Both the position numbers and the translations under genes were made by a program. From Spirochaetales bacterium (lineage in GTDB: Bacteria > Spirochaetota > Spirochaetia > Treponematales > UBA12059), in NCBI GenBank assembly GCA_016928955.1, contig JAFGJV010000036.1, positions 1-52,065 of the forward strand: a stretch of DNA of 52,065 nucleotides, written 5' to 3'. The notes beneath the pieces were generated by a model, which saw only the letters and a program-made list of their open reading frames with translations, was not told the DNA's origin and made no database searches. Positions 18,476 to 27,605 of the stretch are shown piece after piece; within the stretch, counting starts at the first letter, position 1, and each line of letters opens with the position of its first letter.

Positions 18476-20109
18476 AAAAAGCGCTTGCCCTCGGGATGGC
18501 CCTGGCCGGAGCCTGGCTGTGGGCCCAGGACGCGGCGAACGGTTTCAGCATGCATCCTTCGGAGCCCGTGGCCGGCGACGTGGTTGTCATAGTCGTGGAC
18601 CTGCCCGGCATGGATCCCACCCGAATATCCTTTAAGGAGCCGGAGCTTGAGGGACCTGCAGGCTACCTGGCGTCCTCCATAGGCCCGCGCTCCGGCGGAG
18701 GCAGCAGGCTGGAGTTCAGGTTCCAGACCTCTGGACCGGGCACGGTCACTGTCAGGGAGCTGCGCGTGGCCGCCGGGAGCCAGGCCGTGGTCGTGGGTCC
18801 CTGGTCGTTCGTTGTTGGGCAGAAGGAAGGCGCCCTGCTTCCACGCCCGGGCGAATGGCTTGCTCCCAGGTCCGTGTACCGTTTCCAGCCCTTTGCCGTC
18901 AGCGCCCGGGGTACGGGAGGAGAAGCGTTACGGGCGGAGCGCCTGGCCGCCGAGGGCGTGCTCTTTGAGCCCGCCAGTGACGGTCTGTCCTGGCTGGTCC
19001 TGGCTACCGCCACCGGACAGGTTCGGCTTCCGGCTTTGGAACTGGACGGGGAGACGGGCAAGGTAGCCGTGGCAGGTACCACGGTCCAGGTCAAGGCCAT
19101 ACCGCCGCGCTCAGCCGCAAACCGTGCCGTGGGACGCTGGTCGCTTAGGCTGAGTCTTCTATCCGGCGAACGGAGGGTCCAGCTGGGCTCAGTGGTACCC
19201 GTCCAGGCCAGCGCGGTCGGCTCGGGTTCGGTAGGCGTGGCCAGCCCGCCAATCGTGCGCGTAACCGGCCCGGACGGCGGCGCCGTGGCTTTTGATCACG
19301 CCGGCGGGGTGTTCGGGGCGGCTCGGGTGCTAGGCGACACGTTTGAGGGCGAGCGCTCCATCAGAGGATCGTTTAAGGCCGAGCGTCCCGGCAGGTATCT
19401 GGTCAGTGTGGAGCCGTACGCGTGGTTTGACCCCGTGAACGGCAAGGAACACCTGGCCACGGTCCCGGACTTGGTAGTGGACGTATATCGCCCGGAAACG
19501 GCAGCGGTCGAGCTGGACACGTCCACGCTGGAGCTTGCTGAGAAGCTCGCGACCCTGTCCGGCACGGGCGGGCGGCCTGCCGCGCGGGACCTGCGCGCAG
19601 CAGCGGACGCGCTTCTTGGCGGAGAACCGGCCGTGGCCCTGCACAGGGCCTCAAAGGCGGAACGCGCGCCGTTCCCGCCTGCCGGCGCCGCTGTCCTGGC
19701 CGACGCGGCCGCCCGGTCCTTGGGTTTTTCCGACAGGCTCAGGGACGTGTTGCCCGCTCCCGGGCCTCTGTTCGCGGCGGCCCTGGCCTTGGCGGCGCCG
19801 GCCGCCGCCTTGTTCGCCTTCAGGAAAACCAGGCGACGGGGCGCGGGGGGCGCCGTGCTGTCCCTCGTGGCGCTGGCCCTGGCCTGCGCCGTGCTGGGCG
19901 GGGCGGCCGTGGTTGAGCGTCGCCAGGACATGCTCGTGTCCTTTGGGGCGCCTGTCCGCTCGGTGCCCGATGCCGCCGCCGCCTCGGGTTTCATAGCGTC
20001 GCCCGGGCTCCAGGGCAGGGTGCTTCGCGACGCCGGCGACTGGGTGTTCGCGGACTTTGGTTCGGGCCGATCGGGCTGGGTGCTTGCGGCCGACGTCGGC
20101 AGGTACTGA
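18472..20109 (+). CDS. BatD/BatE-like exported protein with C-terminal SH3b-like domain
   Basis: Signal peptide, AVG.W.L, WFDP motif, two TMs, W.......GWV SH3-like end. Confidence 0.65.
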   Translation: MKKALALGMALAGAWLWAQDAANGFSMHPSEPVAGDVVVIVVDLPGMDPTRISFKEPELEGPAGYLASSIGPRSGGGSRLEFRFQTSGPGTVTVRELRVAAGSQAVVVGPWSFVVGQKEGALLPRPGEWLAPRSVYRFQPFAVSARGTGGEALRAERLAAEGVLFEPASDGLSWLVLATATGQVRLPALELDGETGKVAVAGTTVQVKAIPPRSAANRAVGRWSLRLSLLSGERRVQLGSVVPVQASAVGSGSVGVASPPIVRVTGPDGGAVAFDHAGGVFGAARVLGDTFEGERSIRGSFKAERPGRYLVSVEPYAWFDPVNGKEHLATVPDLVVDVYRPETAAVELDTSTLELAEKLATLSGTGGRPAARDLRAAADALLGGEPAVALHRASKAERAPFPPAGAAVLADAAARSLGFSDRLRDVLPAPGPLFAAALALAAPAAALFAFRKTRRRGAGGAVLSLVALALACAVLGGAAVVERRQDMLVSFGAPVRSVPDAAAASGFIASPGLQGRVLRDAGDWVFADFGSGRSGWVLAADVGRY

Positions 20110-20116
20110 GGCTGCT

Positions 20117-20599
20117 ATGGATTTTGGCGAGGTGATGCGGGAGTGGGAAAAAATCTCGGAAAAGGCCAAGGCGAACGGCAAGCTGCCCGGAAGCCAGGGT
20201 TTCCAGGAAGCGTGGATGGACACCGAGGCCGCCAGGTCCGCCGATCCCCATGAGGGCAGAAGCGGCCATGACCGAGGCCCCGGCGCCTACCTGAGCCGCA
20301 GGGACATAGACCGGCTCCCGGTGGACGCGACGCTGGACCTGCACGGCATGACGGGAACCGAGGCCGAGGCGGCACTGGGCGCCTTCTTTGAGCGCGCCGA
20401 GGCCGACGGCCTACGCAAGGTACTCATCGTGCACGGCAAGGGCCTGCACTCGCGCGGTCAGCCGGTGCTCGGCACGGTGGTAGCGCGCTGGCTTGAAGCG
20501 CGGCCGTCCGCCGGCCGCACGGGTACGGCAGGCAGAAGCCAAGGCGGCTCCGGGGCTGTATGGGTTCTGTTGAAGGAAGGGGATCAGCGCTCGCGGTAA
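20117..20599 (+). CDS. Smr/MutS2 C-terminal domain endonuclease
   Basis: LDLHG, IVHGKG.HS, GGSGA; overlaps convergent infA by 16 bp. Confidence 0.88.
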   Translation: MDFGEVMREWEKISEKAKANGKLPGSQGFQEAWMDTEAARSADPHEGRSGHDRGPGAYLSRRDIDRLPVDATLDLHGMTGTEAEAALGAFFERAEADGLRKVLIVHGKGLHSRGQPVLGTVVARWLEARPSAGRTGTAGRSQGGSGAVWVLLKEGDQRSR

Positions 20600-20805
20600 A
20601 TGATGCGGCCCCTGGACAGGTCGTACGGGGAAAGGGCCACCTTGACCGTGTCTCCGGGGACGATGCGTATGTAATGCTTGCGCATTTTGCCTGACAGGTG
20701 GGCCAGGATCAGATGGCCGCCGTTTTTCAGTTCGACGCGGAACATGGTATTGGGGAGGGCCTCTCTGACGATCCCCTCTACCTCTATGGCTTCTTCTTTT
20801 GCCAC
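20584..20805 (-). CDS. infA: Translation initiation factor IF-1
   Basis: [54 protein letters not shown]. Confidence 0.98.
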   Translation of the reverse strand: MAKEEAIEVEGIVREALPNTMFRVELKNGGHLILAHLSGKMRKHYIRIVPGDTVKVALSPYDLSRGRIIYRER

Positions 20806-20864
20806 GATGCCTCCAAGCGATAATTCGGCCTTGTCGTGTTGATGACGGCGGCCAGAGCGCTATA

Positions 20865-20939
20865 ATAGTACGGGCCTGAGGTGCCAGTGTCAACACGGAA
20901 CGGCCGCAGGTTGACAAGGTTGCCCGATCTGTGAATAGT
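20865..20939. promoter_or_regulatory. Back-to-back sigma70 promoters for infA (-) and dksA (+)
   Basis: Minus: TTGACA (20893-20888)-17-TACTAT (20870-20865); plus: TTGACA (20911-20916)-17-AATAGT (20934-20939). Confidence 0.65.
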
Positions 20940-21007
20940 GAGGCGCCCACCGCTTTTGGGTAGCTTCCCGGCGGTCGGAACATGCACAGCTTTGAGGAGG
21001 GGATCCT

Positions 21008-21364
21008 ATGGACAAAGAATTCACCGAAGCGATGCGACAGTCGCTCACCACGATGAAACAGGAGATCCTCGACAAGCTGGTTGCCGCAAACGCGGACTTC
21101 CGCGCCATTGTCGAAGAGATGGACCCCAAGGACTTTGCGGACGTGGCGTCCGACGACGTTGACCGCAAGATGCTGGAAGCCCTGGGCGCCCAGGACGTCA
21201 AGCGCCTGCGCTCTATAGAGGCCGCGCTGGTCCGCATACAGCAGGGACGCTACGGCCTGTGCGTGAAATGTAACAAGCGCATACCCCACGAGCGTCTGGA
21301 GGCCCTGCCCTACGCGGTCATGTGCATCGAATGCCAGAAGAGCGAGGAGCGACGCAACCGCTAG
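21008..21364 (+). CDS. dksA: DksA/TraR C4 zinc-finger protein
   Basis: DFADVAS coiled-coil tip, YG.C..C...I...RL.A.P....CI.CQ; GAGGAGG RBS. Confidence 0.88.
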   Translation: MDKEFTEAMRQSLTTMKQEILDKLVAANADFRAIVEEMDPKDFADVASDDVDRKMLEALGAQDVKRLRSIEAALVRIQQGRYGLCVKCNKRIPHERLEALPYAVMCIECQKSEERRNR

Positions 21365-21386
21365 CCGGTCGTACGCGCGAATATGC

Positions 21387-21420
21387 CCGGCCGCGGCCCT
21401 TCGTGCCGCGGCCGGTTTTT
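21387..21420 (+). terminator. Rho-independent terminator after dksA
   Basis: CCGGCCGCGGC / GCCGCGGCCGG stem followed by TTTTT. Confidence 0.75.
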
Positions 21421-22273
21421 ATGCGTCCAGCGGCACCGTTTCCCGGCGCCCGCGCCTGACTATGGTGAGTTCCCGGTATCCGGCCGCCCTGGCCGTCCCA
21501 ACGCCGGCCTCCCTGAACGCCGACAGGTGGGCCGTGTCGTGGGCGTCGCTGTTAACGCACACGGGCACGTCCATGGCCCGGAGTTCCCGTAGTATCCACT
21601 GCTCGGGGTAGGGAGAGCGCGTTTTGCCTCGGGCCATGCCGCCCGTGTTGATCTCGACTATGACGCCCGTGCCGCGCAGGGTCTCTGCGGCCTCCATGGC
21701 GGCGTCCCGGTAACGCCGGTGGTCTTCCCGGAAACGGCTCTGCGCTGGGTTGTTCTTGCGTACCAGGTCGAAGTGCCCAAGGATGTCAAAACCGCCGGCC
21801 TTGACGCATAGGCCTACGGCCCGGTAGTAATCCTCGGCCAGGGCCAGGGCGTCGCCGCCGTAACCCTGGGCTATCAGGGCGTCAAAGCCCTCCTGCGCCC
21901 CGTCCACCGTTGCCAGGGGATCGTCGCCAAGGGCGGGCGGACGCACGTGGTGGACAGAGCCTATGGAGAAATCCAGGCCCAGGGACGCAAAGCGCCCGTC
22001 CGCCGGGCCGCACAAACCGTCGATATAATCGATTTCCAGGCCCAGGAGCACGTCCATGTCCTTGGGCGCGTACTCGGCGGCCAGGGACCGGACGGTTGCC
22101 GCGTAGGCGTCCAGGTTGGCCCAGTCCATGGTCCACTCGGTGCGGAAGGGCAGGGGCGCGTGGGACGAGAACCCGAGCACCTTCATGCCCAGGCGGCTTG
22201 CTTCCGCGGCCATGGCCGCCGCGCTGGCCTTGCCGTCGCAGTATTCGGTATGCGTGTGGTGGTTGGCGTACAT
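21419..22273 (-). CDS. PHP-family histidinol-phosphatase (HisJ type)
   Basis: HTHT..CDG, GFSSH, GLEIDY, IGSVH, GHFD, EINT, NSDAH. Confidence 0.85.
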   Translation of the reverse strand: MYANHHTHTEYCDGKASAAAMAAEASRLGMKVLGFSSHAPLPFRTEWTMDWANLDAYAATVRSLAAEYAPKDMDVLLGLEIDYIDGLCGPADGRFASLGLDFSIGSVHHVRPPALGDDPLATVDGAQEGFDALIAQGYGGDALALAEDYYRAVGLCVKAGGFDILGHFDLVRKNNPAQSRFREDHRRYRDAAMEAAETLRGTGVIVEINTGGMARGKTRSPYPEQWILRELRAMDVPVCVNSDAHDTAHLSAFREAGVGTARAAGYRELTIVRRGRRETVPLDA

Positions 22274-22307
22274 GCCCGGACGCGCCCCCGCCTGGTGCCT
22301 TAAAACC

Positions 22308-23249
22308 TTACGCCGCCGTGCCCGGGCGCCTGATGTTCAGGACCGGGACCTTGGCAGCCGTTGCCAGGTTCTTGATGATCTGCCAGGAGCCCAGGCCGGC
22401 GAAGAGGACACCCAAGGCCAGGTTGCCAAGGATTTCTTTCATGACGCCTTCCTGCTGGAGGATGATCGGGAGAAACTGGATGGCTTCTTTCAAGGTCAGG
22501 CTCAAGCCCTCGTCCTTGAAAACCTTCATGACCTCTATGGCCAGGCTGGCGCCTTCAGCGACAACGACGGACAGAAGGACGGCCAGGCCCAACAGCCAGG
22601 GCGTGGCCTTGTTTACCTTGCCCCGGGCCAGGGTATAGCCCTTGAAAGCCGCCCAGGCTATGGCAAGTCCGGCTATCGACGCGTAGAAGCCGGCCAACTT
22701 GATCAGGATCCAGACAATGGAACCTACCAGGCCGCCCAGAAGGGCTCCTCCAAAGGCCAGCGCCAGGGGACCCGGTTTCATCCGCTTGGACGAGTCCAGT
22801 TCCCTGCTGGCTTGTTCAAGGCTGTTATAGCACGCGCCGCACAAGCCAAGGGCTTCTCCCTCAACGATGGCGGGCGGTGCGTCCACGGCCGCGCGGCATT
22901 TCCAGCACGCCGGCCTCAAGCCCAGCTCGGCGGCCCTGGCCGAGAACGCGGCCGCAAAACCCGGCAGGTCTGGAGCCGCCAGCGCCGCGTTGGGGAAACG
23001 GACCACGATGGCGCCCTGGTCGTCCGACCAGTCGGCCAGGGTGCCGGCGCTCTTTTGCTCGGCCAGCCAGGAATCCAGGGCCAGGCGGCCGGACTCGCTG
23101 CCGCTCTCAACGGCGGCGCGCATGCTCATCTCGCCGCCCGCGTTCAAGCCAAGCCCGAACCACCGGCCGGACAACGTGCCCCAGGCCGTTCGGCCTTCTG
23201 TTGAAAAACCCATGCTCTGGGCGGTTTTGATAAAGTCCAGAAGATCCAT
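22308..23249 (-). CDS. Hypothetical membrane protein with CxxC..CxxC motif
   Basis: AAGGAG RBS; CWKC...CGAC followed by about four hydrophobic segments. Confidence 0.7.
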   Translation of the reverse strand: MDLLDFIKTAQSMGFSTEGRTAWGTLSGRWFGLGLNAGGEMSMRAAVESGSESGRLALDSWLAEQKSAGTLADWSDDQGAIVVRFPNAALAAPDLPGFAAAFSARAAELGLRPACWKCRAAVDAPPAIVEGEALGLCGACYNSLEQASRELDSSKRMKPGPLALAFGGALLGGLVGSIVWILIKLAGFYASIAGLAIAWAAFKGYTLARGKVNKATPWLLGLAVLLSVVVAEGASLAIEVMKVFKDEGLSLTLKEAIQFLPIILQQEGVMKEILGNLALGVLFAGLGSWQIIKNLATAAKVPVLNIRRPGTAA

Positions 23250-23352
23250 GATAGCTCCTTGCTGGGGAAGCCGGAACGATAGGCGTTCAAGGCTGTCCCG
23301 TTTTTATGCTTTTTCCCCCGGCCGGGCGCTGCGCCGAAACGCGAAACGCGAC

Positions 23353-24513
23353 TTACGCTTTCTGGTACGGCATGCCCTTCCAGCGAGGGTTCTTGGACGA
23401 CATGTCCTCCACGTACAACGGAGGCTTAACGATCAGGGTCTTGGAGCCTATTATGGTGCCCAGATAGTGCGCTATCCAGCGAGACAGCCGGAGCACGACC
23501 ATTTTCTTGCGCAGACGGCCCTGCATGTCGCGGTTGAGTATCTGGGGTATGGTGTTGCTGACCACGATTTCGTCTATCACGGGGTTGTTCAGTTTTTCCC
23601 GGCCTTCCTGGCTGGTGTAAAAATGGGTGACCAGGAAGACGATCCTGCGCGGGGCGCCGGTCTTGATGAGCGAGCATGCCTTGACGATGGTGCTGCCTGT
23701 GCGGACCATGTCGTCGATTACCACCACGTCCTTGCCGGCCAGGTCGGACAGCCCTATGTCAGATTCCGGGTTGATTTCCATGGACACCGAGCGTTCGCCC
23801 GAGCGCTCCTTGTCGATCACCAGAATGGGCACGGACGGCCGCTTAAGCTCGGCGTGAACCTCCCTGACAAAGGGCAGGGCGCCCTTGTCCGGGGCGCACA
23901 GCACCAGGTTGCCCTCGTCCACTATGTCCGAGTCCGAAAGGTACTGGGCGTACACGTCCGCCGGCTGGAGGTTGTGGAAAGCGCCCTGGAAGGTCCTGCC
24001 GAACATTTCCTTGACGGCGTTCGAATGGTTGTGGACGGTGATCACCTCGTCCACGCCGGAGGATTTGAGCAGGTCGGCGTACAGCCGCGCCGAGAAGGGC
24101 TGCCCGTCGAATTTTTTGTAGTCGGCGGCGTCGCGCTCAAAGGCGGTGACCCCGTGCTCCGGACGGGGTCCGCGGTCCTGGGCGCTGAAGAACAGGTCGG
24201 GCTCAAGGAGGGTGACGCGCTCGACGCCGTTGTCCTTGGCCGCCCGTGCTATGAGGCAGTTGCGGAAGGCCAGGTCGTTGCGCGACAGGTCGGGCTGGGA
24301 CGTGCTCACCAGGAGTATCTGCCGGCCCTTGAGCTTGTTGCCCACGTTGTCCCAGCTGTCCTCGTCCAGGATGAAGCGCGGGCAGAATTCCGAATTCAGG
24401 AAGGTTTTCAGCGATATAAGGTCGGAGTAGTCGATGCGCTGGGTCATGTGGTGCGCGATGTCCTCGACGAAGGGGTTGTCGGCCACGGTTCCGACGATTA
24501 CGACGTCCTTCAT
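23353..24513 (-). CDS. prs: Ribose-phosphate pyrophosphokinase (divergent)
   Basis: F.NSE, SAQDR, APDKGA, K.R, VVVIDDMVRTGSTI PRPP loop, SNTIP; ATG at 24513. Confidence 0.88.
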   Translation of the reverse strand: MKDVVIVGTVADNPFVEDIAHHMTQRIDYSDLISLKTFLNSEFCPRFILDEDSWDNVGNKLKGRQILLVSTSQPDLSRNDLAFRNCLIARAAKDNGVERVTLLEPDLFFSAQDRGPRPEHGVTAFERDAADYKKFDGQPFSARLYADLLKSSGVDEVITVHNHSNAVKEMFGRTFQGAFHNLQPADVYAQYLSDSDIVDEGNLVLCAPDKGALPFVREVHAELKRPSVPILVIDKERSGERSVSMEINPESDIGLSDLAGKDVVVIDDMVRTGSTIVKACSLIKTGAPRRIVFLVTHFYTSQEGREKLNNPVIDEIVVSNTIPQILNRDMQGRLRKKMVVLRLSRWIAHYLGTIIGSKTLIVKPPLYVEDMSSKNPRWKGMPYQKA

Positions 24514-24679
24514 GGTGGGAAAGCCTCCTTTGCCGGGAACGAGGCGACTATACCGGAAAGCGGGCCGCCGTGGATAGCCCGGCCGGGAACAAACGCGTCC
24601 GGGCGCTGGCGTCGTCCCCTGTATCCATTGTATAGTAGCCCAGAAGCGCCACCCGACGGCGCCGACGCAAGGAGAGACC

Positions 24680-25141
24680 GTGAAACGCTTCCTGCTCGCA
24701 ATCCTTTTGGCCTGCGCCGCCGGAGTCCCGGCGCTCGCCGATCCTGGCGCCGTAGGCCTGGGGGTTTTCCTGGGCCAGCCCACGGGCCTTACCCTGGGCA
24801 TAGACATGAACAGGTCCAACTGGCTGGACTTCAAGGCCGCCTGGAATTTTGCCGCTCCCCAGGGCGGTTTCAATATCATCCTGCAGGGCGACTACCAGCT
24901 GGCCTTTCCAGGCTCCCTGGTGATAGAGGGCGAGGATTTTGTGCCCTACGTGGGCATCGGGGCGGAGGCGGCCATAGGCGACAGCTCCCTGGACCTGGGC
25001 GTGCACCTGCCCTTTGGCCTGGCTTACCGCTTCCGCAAGGCCCCGATCGAGCTGTTCCTGGAACTCGGGCTTGGCTTGTATCTGTTCCCCGCCACCAGTT
25101 TTGGAGTGTCCGGCGGCCTGGGCATACGCTACCGCTTCTGA
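24680..25141 (+). CDS. Small outer-membrane beta-barrel (DUF3996-like)
   Basis: Signal peptide, G.G..LG.PTGL, P.ELFLE, terminal GGLGIRYRF. Confidence 0.7.
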   Translation: MKRFLLAILLACAAGVPALADPGAVGLGVFLGQPTGLTLGIDMNRSNWLDFKAAWNFAAPQGGFNIILQGDYQLAFPGSLVIEGEDFVPYVGIGAEAAIGDSSLDLGVHLPFGLAYRFRKAPIELFLELGLGLYLFPATSFGVSGGLGIRYRF

Positions 25142-25160
25142 GCGCTTGGCCGCGCGCTGA

Positions 25161-25199
25161 GCTGGCTGTTGAGATACTCGACGCCGTTCAACAGCCAGC
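25161..25199. terminator. Hairpin between convergent genes
   Basis: Perfect 12-bp inverted repeat GCTGGCTGTTGA / TCAACAGCCAGC. Confidence 0.55.
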
Positions 25200-25222
25200 C
25201 TGAAGAGCCGCTCCTGCCCCGC

Positions 25223-25990
25223 TCATATCACCTTCAGGATCATCAGCGCCAGGACGATCAGTGCAGAAGCGCCGCACAGGGCGGCCACGGCCATGAGCGC
25301 GCCCTGGCCCCGCTTGGCCGAGCGCAGGAGCTCCTCCTCGCTCTTGGTGGTAATGAGAAAGCGGCCGCCCTTGCCTGACGGCTTCTGGATCAGGAGCCTG
25401 CCGCCCTCGTCGCGCGCCTCTCCAAGCACGTACACGCGCCTGCCTATGGTCAGCGCCTCTTCCCGTATGCGGTAGCCCAGCGTCCCGAAGCCGCCAGGCC
25501 CAGGGCCTCCGAATTCCGGAGGCAGGCTGCCCTCAAAGCGGTCCATGACCTTCTCGCCCTCGAGCTTGGCGCCCTCCGGGTCCACTTCAACCGTGCCGCT
25601 CTGGTCGCGTACCAGGAAGGGCATGGACCGTTCCACGGACGACACGGTTTCCGTGTGGCGCTTGGTCACGCTGCGCCGGTGGCCGTCCGAGTCGCGCTCC
25701 CATTCGGTGGTCTCGTATTCCCGGGTGATGGACGAGCGGTACCACACGCAGGCCAGCCTGGCGTACTCGGACTGAAGCGGCGACGGGCTTTCAACCACGC
25801 CCTTGACCTCGGCCGCGCTGGCGAACGAACTGGCTCCCAGTTCGGCCGCCACCTCCCTGGACAGGGACTCCAGTTCCGCCGCGTCGGACGTTTCCGTTAC
25901 GGCTATGTCGTAGGCCTTGCGTCCCTGGCCCCTTCCCAGAAAAAAGAACAGAATGGTCAGGGCTCCCAGCCCTATGGGTATGAACAGCAT
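25223..25990 (-). CDS. GIDE-domain membrane protein (no RING finger)
   Basis: N-terminal TM, EVKG, L.S......CV.Y, PF.V.D.SG.V.VDP.GA, REE.L..G..VYVLG, FLI...SEE.L, C-terminal TM. Confidence 0.7.
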   Translation of the reverse strand: MLFIPIGLGALTILFFFLGRGQGRKAYDIAVTETSDAAELESLSREVAAELGASSFASAAEVKGVVESPSPLQSEYARLACVWYRSSITREYETTEWERDSDGHRRSVTKRHTETVSSVERSMPFLVRDQSGTVEVDPEGAKLEGEKVMDRFEGSLPPEFGGPGPGGFGTLGYRIREEALTIGRRVYVLGEARDEGGRLLIQKPSGKGGRFLITTKSEEELLRSAKRGQGALMAVAALCGASALIVLALMILKVI

Positions 25991-26133
25991 GCTCGCCTCC
26001 GCTCCCGCGGGCGCTCGGGGCGCCCCGCGTCTGTAACTGTCGCTCGCACGGGCGCGGGACGCAAGTTCCAAGGAGTCCTTTGTTCGGCGGCCAGCTTGAC
26101 AGGGCGGCCGCCCGGGCCAATACTCGCCTGTCC

Positions 26134-26895
26134 ATGTCGCAGAGATCCTTGTCGTATGAAGCCGTCATCCTCAGGGCGCGGGAAAGCCCGTCCGGCGACC
26201 GCATAGTCAGCCTGCTGTCTGGCGACGAGGGCGTTGTCGACGCCTTTGTGTTCGGCGGCCCCAAGAGCAAGCTGCGCTCGCTGGTGTCTCCCTGGCATTC
26301 GGGCCGCGCGTGGCTGTACCGCGACCCGGGCAGGAATTTCACCACGCTGCGCGACTTTGACGCCGCCGAGGACTTTCCCGGCATCCGGGCCAGCCTTGCG
26401 ACCATAGGCGCGGCGTCCCTTGCGGCCGAGCTGGTCATGGCCACGTCCGCCTTTGGCGGCGACGGTCCAGAGGCGCGCTCGCTCACGCTGGACCTGCTCC
26501 GTTGCCTTGACGGCAGCGACGACGACAGGGCCGCCCGGGCCCTGACCCTGTTCTGCCTGAGGGCCGTTGAGCTCATGGGGCTCATTCCGGATCCCTCAGA
26601 ATGCTCGGCCTGCGCTGGCCAAATCCCTTTCGATACGGTACACTCGTATTCCCGTTATTCGGGCGCCTTCCTGTGCCCGCCGTGCGCCTGCCAGGACGTC
26701 CATCCGGACGCCGTGCTGGACGTGCCGCCCGGCGCCCTGGCCTGGTGGAGGAATTCGGAAGGTTTGGATTTTGCCCAGGCGGCTTCCGCGGGACTTGCCA
26801 GCCAGTCTTTGGCGGCCATCAAGGCCGTGGCCCTGGACCTGGCCGGGAAGGCGGCCCACGGACGCCTGCGCACGTTGGAGAGCGGAGTGCTATGA
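26134..26895 (+). CDS. recO: DNA repair protein RecO
   Basis: AVILR....DRIV.LLS...G; C..C...C..C zinc finger; ATG at 26134. Confidence 0.88.
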   Translation: MSQRSLSYEAVILRARESPSGDRIVSLLSGDEGVVDAFVFGGPKSKLRSLVSPWHSGRAWLYRDPGRNFTTLRDFDAAEDFPGIRASLATIGAASLAAELVMATSAFGGDGPEARSLTLDLLRCLDGSDDDRAARALTLFCLRAVELMGLIPDPSECSACAGQIPFDTVHSYSRYSGAFLCPPCACQDVHPDAVLDVPPGALAWWRNSEGLDFAQAASAGLASQSLAAIKAVALDLAGKAAHGRLRTLESGVL

Positions 26896-27470
26896 GGTGC
26901 TTCATCGCCCTGGTGCCGCCGGACAACTTCATAGGGGCGGCCGCCGCCTATCTCGAAACGGCCGGCACGGACGGCAACTGGCGCTGGGTACGCCCCGAGG
27001 GCGTCCATATAACGCTGGCCTTCCTCGGCGACGTGGACGCGGCCACCGTGGATGTGGCCCGTTCGGCCGTGGCGTCCATGGACGGCCGGATGCGGGCCCC
27101 CGCACTGCGCTTTGGCCAGGCGGAGGCTTTTCCCAATCCTCGCCGGCCGCGGGCCCTGGTCCTGCGTCCCACGGAAGGACACGTGGACGCCGAGGACGTG
27201 TGGAACGCCCTGAACGACGAGCTGGCCGCGCGGGCCGGGAACGCCGGTCTTCCTCCGCCCAATCCCGACTGGATTGACGGAAGGATATGGCATCCTCATC
27301 TGACCCTGGCCCGGCCCAAGAAGCCGGACGCCGAGGTGCCGGATCTTGCGGAGACGCCGGCGGAACTGCGCGCCCTGGTCAGGTTTGACCGGGTGGTTTT
27401 GTTTGAATCCCTGCTGGGCCAGGGCGGCTCCCGGTACCGGGCCGTGGAAACGGCCATGCTGGAGCGCTGA
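26892..27470 (+). CDS. thpR: RNA 2',3'-cyclic phosphodiesterase (2H family)
   Basis: MRCFIAL, HITLAFLG and PHLTLAR HxT motifs; ATGA overlap with recO. Confidence 0.88.
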   Translation: MRCFIALVPPDNFIGAAAAYLETAGTDGNWRWVRPEGVHITLAFLGDVDAATVDVARSAVASMDGRMRAPALRFGQAEAFPNPRRPRALVLRPTEGHVDAEDVWNALNDELAARAGNAGLPPPNPDWIDGRIWHPHLTLARPKKPDAEVPDLAETPAELRALVRFDRVVLFESLLGQGGSRYRAVETAMLER

Positions 27471-27605
27471 ATCCCCCGTATTTTCATGCGCCGCCCGTCC
27501 GCGGCGCGTATAGAGCATCTGAAGAATTGACGGCCGGGCGGCGCCGTTCGCGAACGATCCGCCGGGAGAAGCCGGCCGGAAGACCAGGCAAACCAGGAGC
27601 ACAGC

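Noticed and set aside
13153..20109. MoxR-DUF58-vWA-TPR operon as a novel system
   Set aside because: Matches the known Bat-type MoxR operon described in Bacteroides and spirochaetes
22867..25203. 778-aa plus-strand ORF, and similar long ORFs such as 10703-12091, 42520-43959, 31627-32958 and 29435-30709
   Set aside because: Antisense or off-frame shadows of well-supported genes, expected in GC-rich DNA; no recognisable motifs
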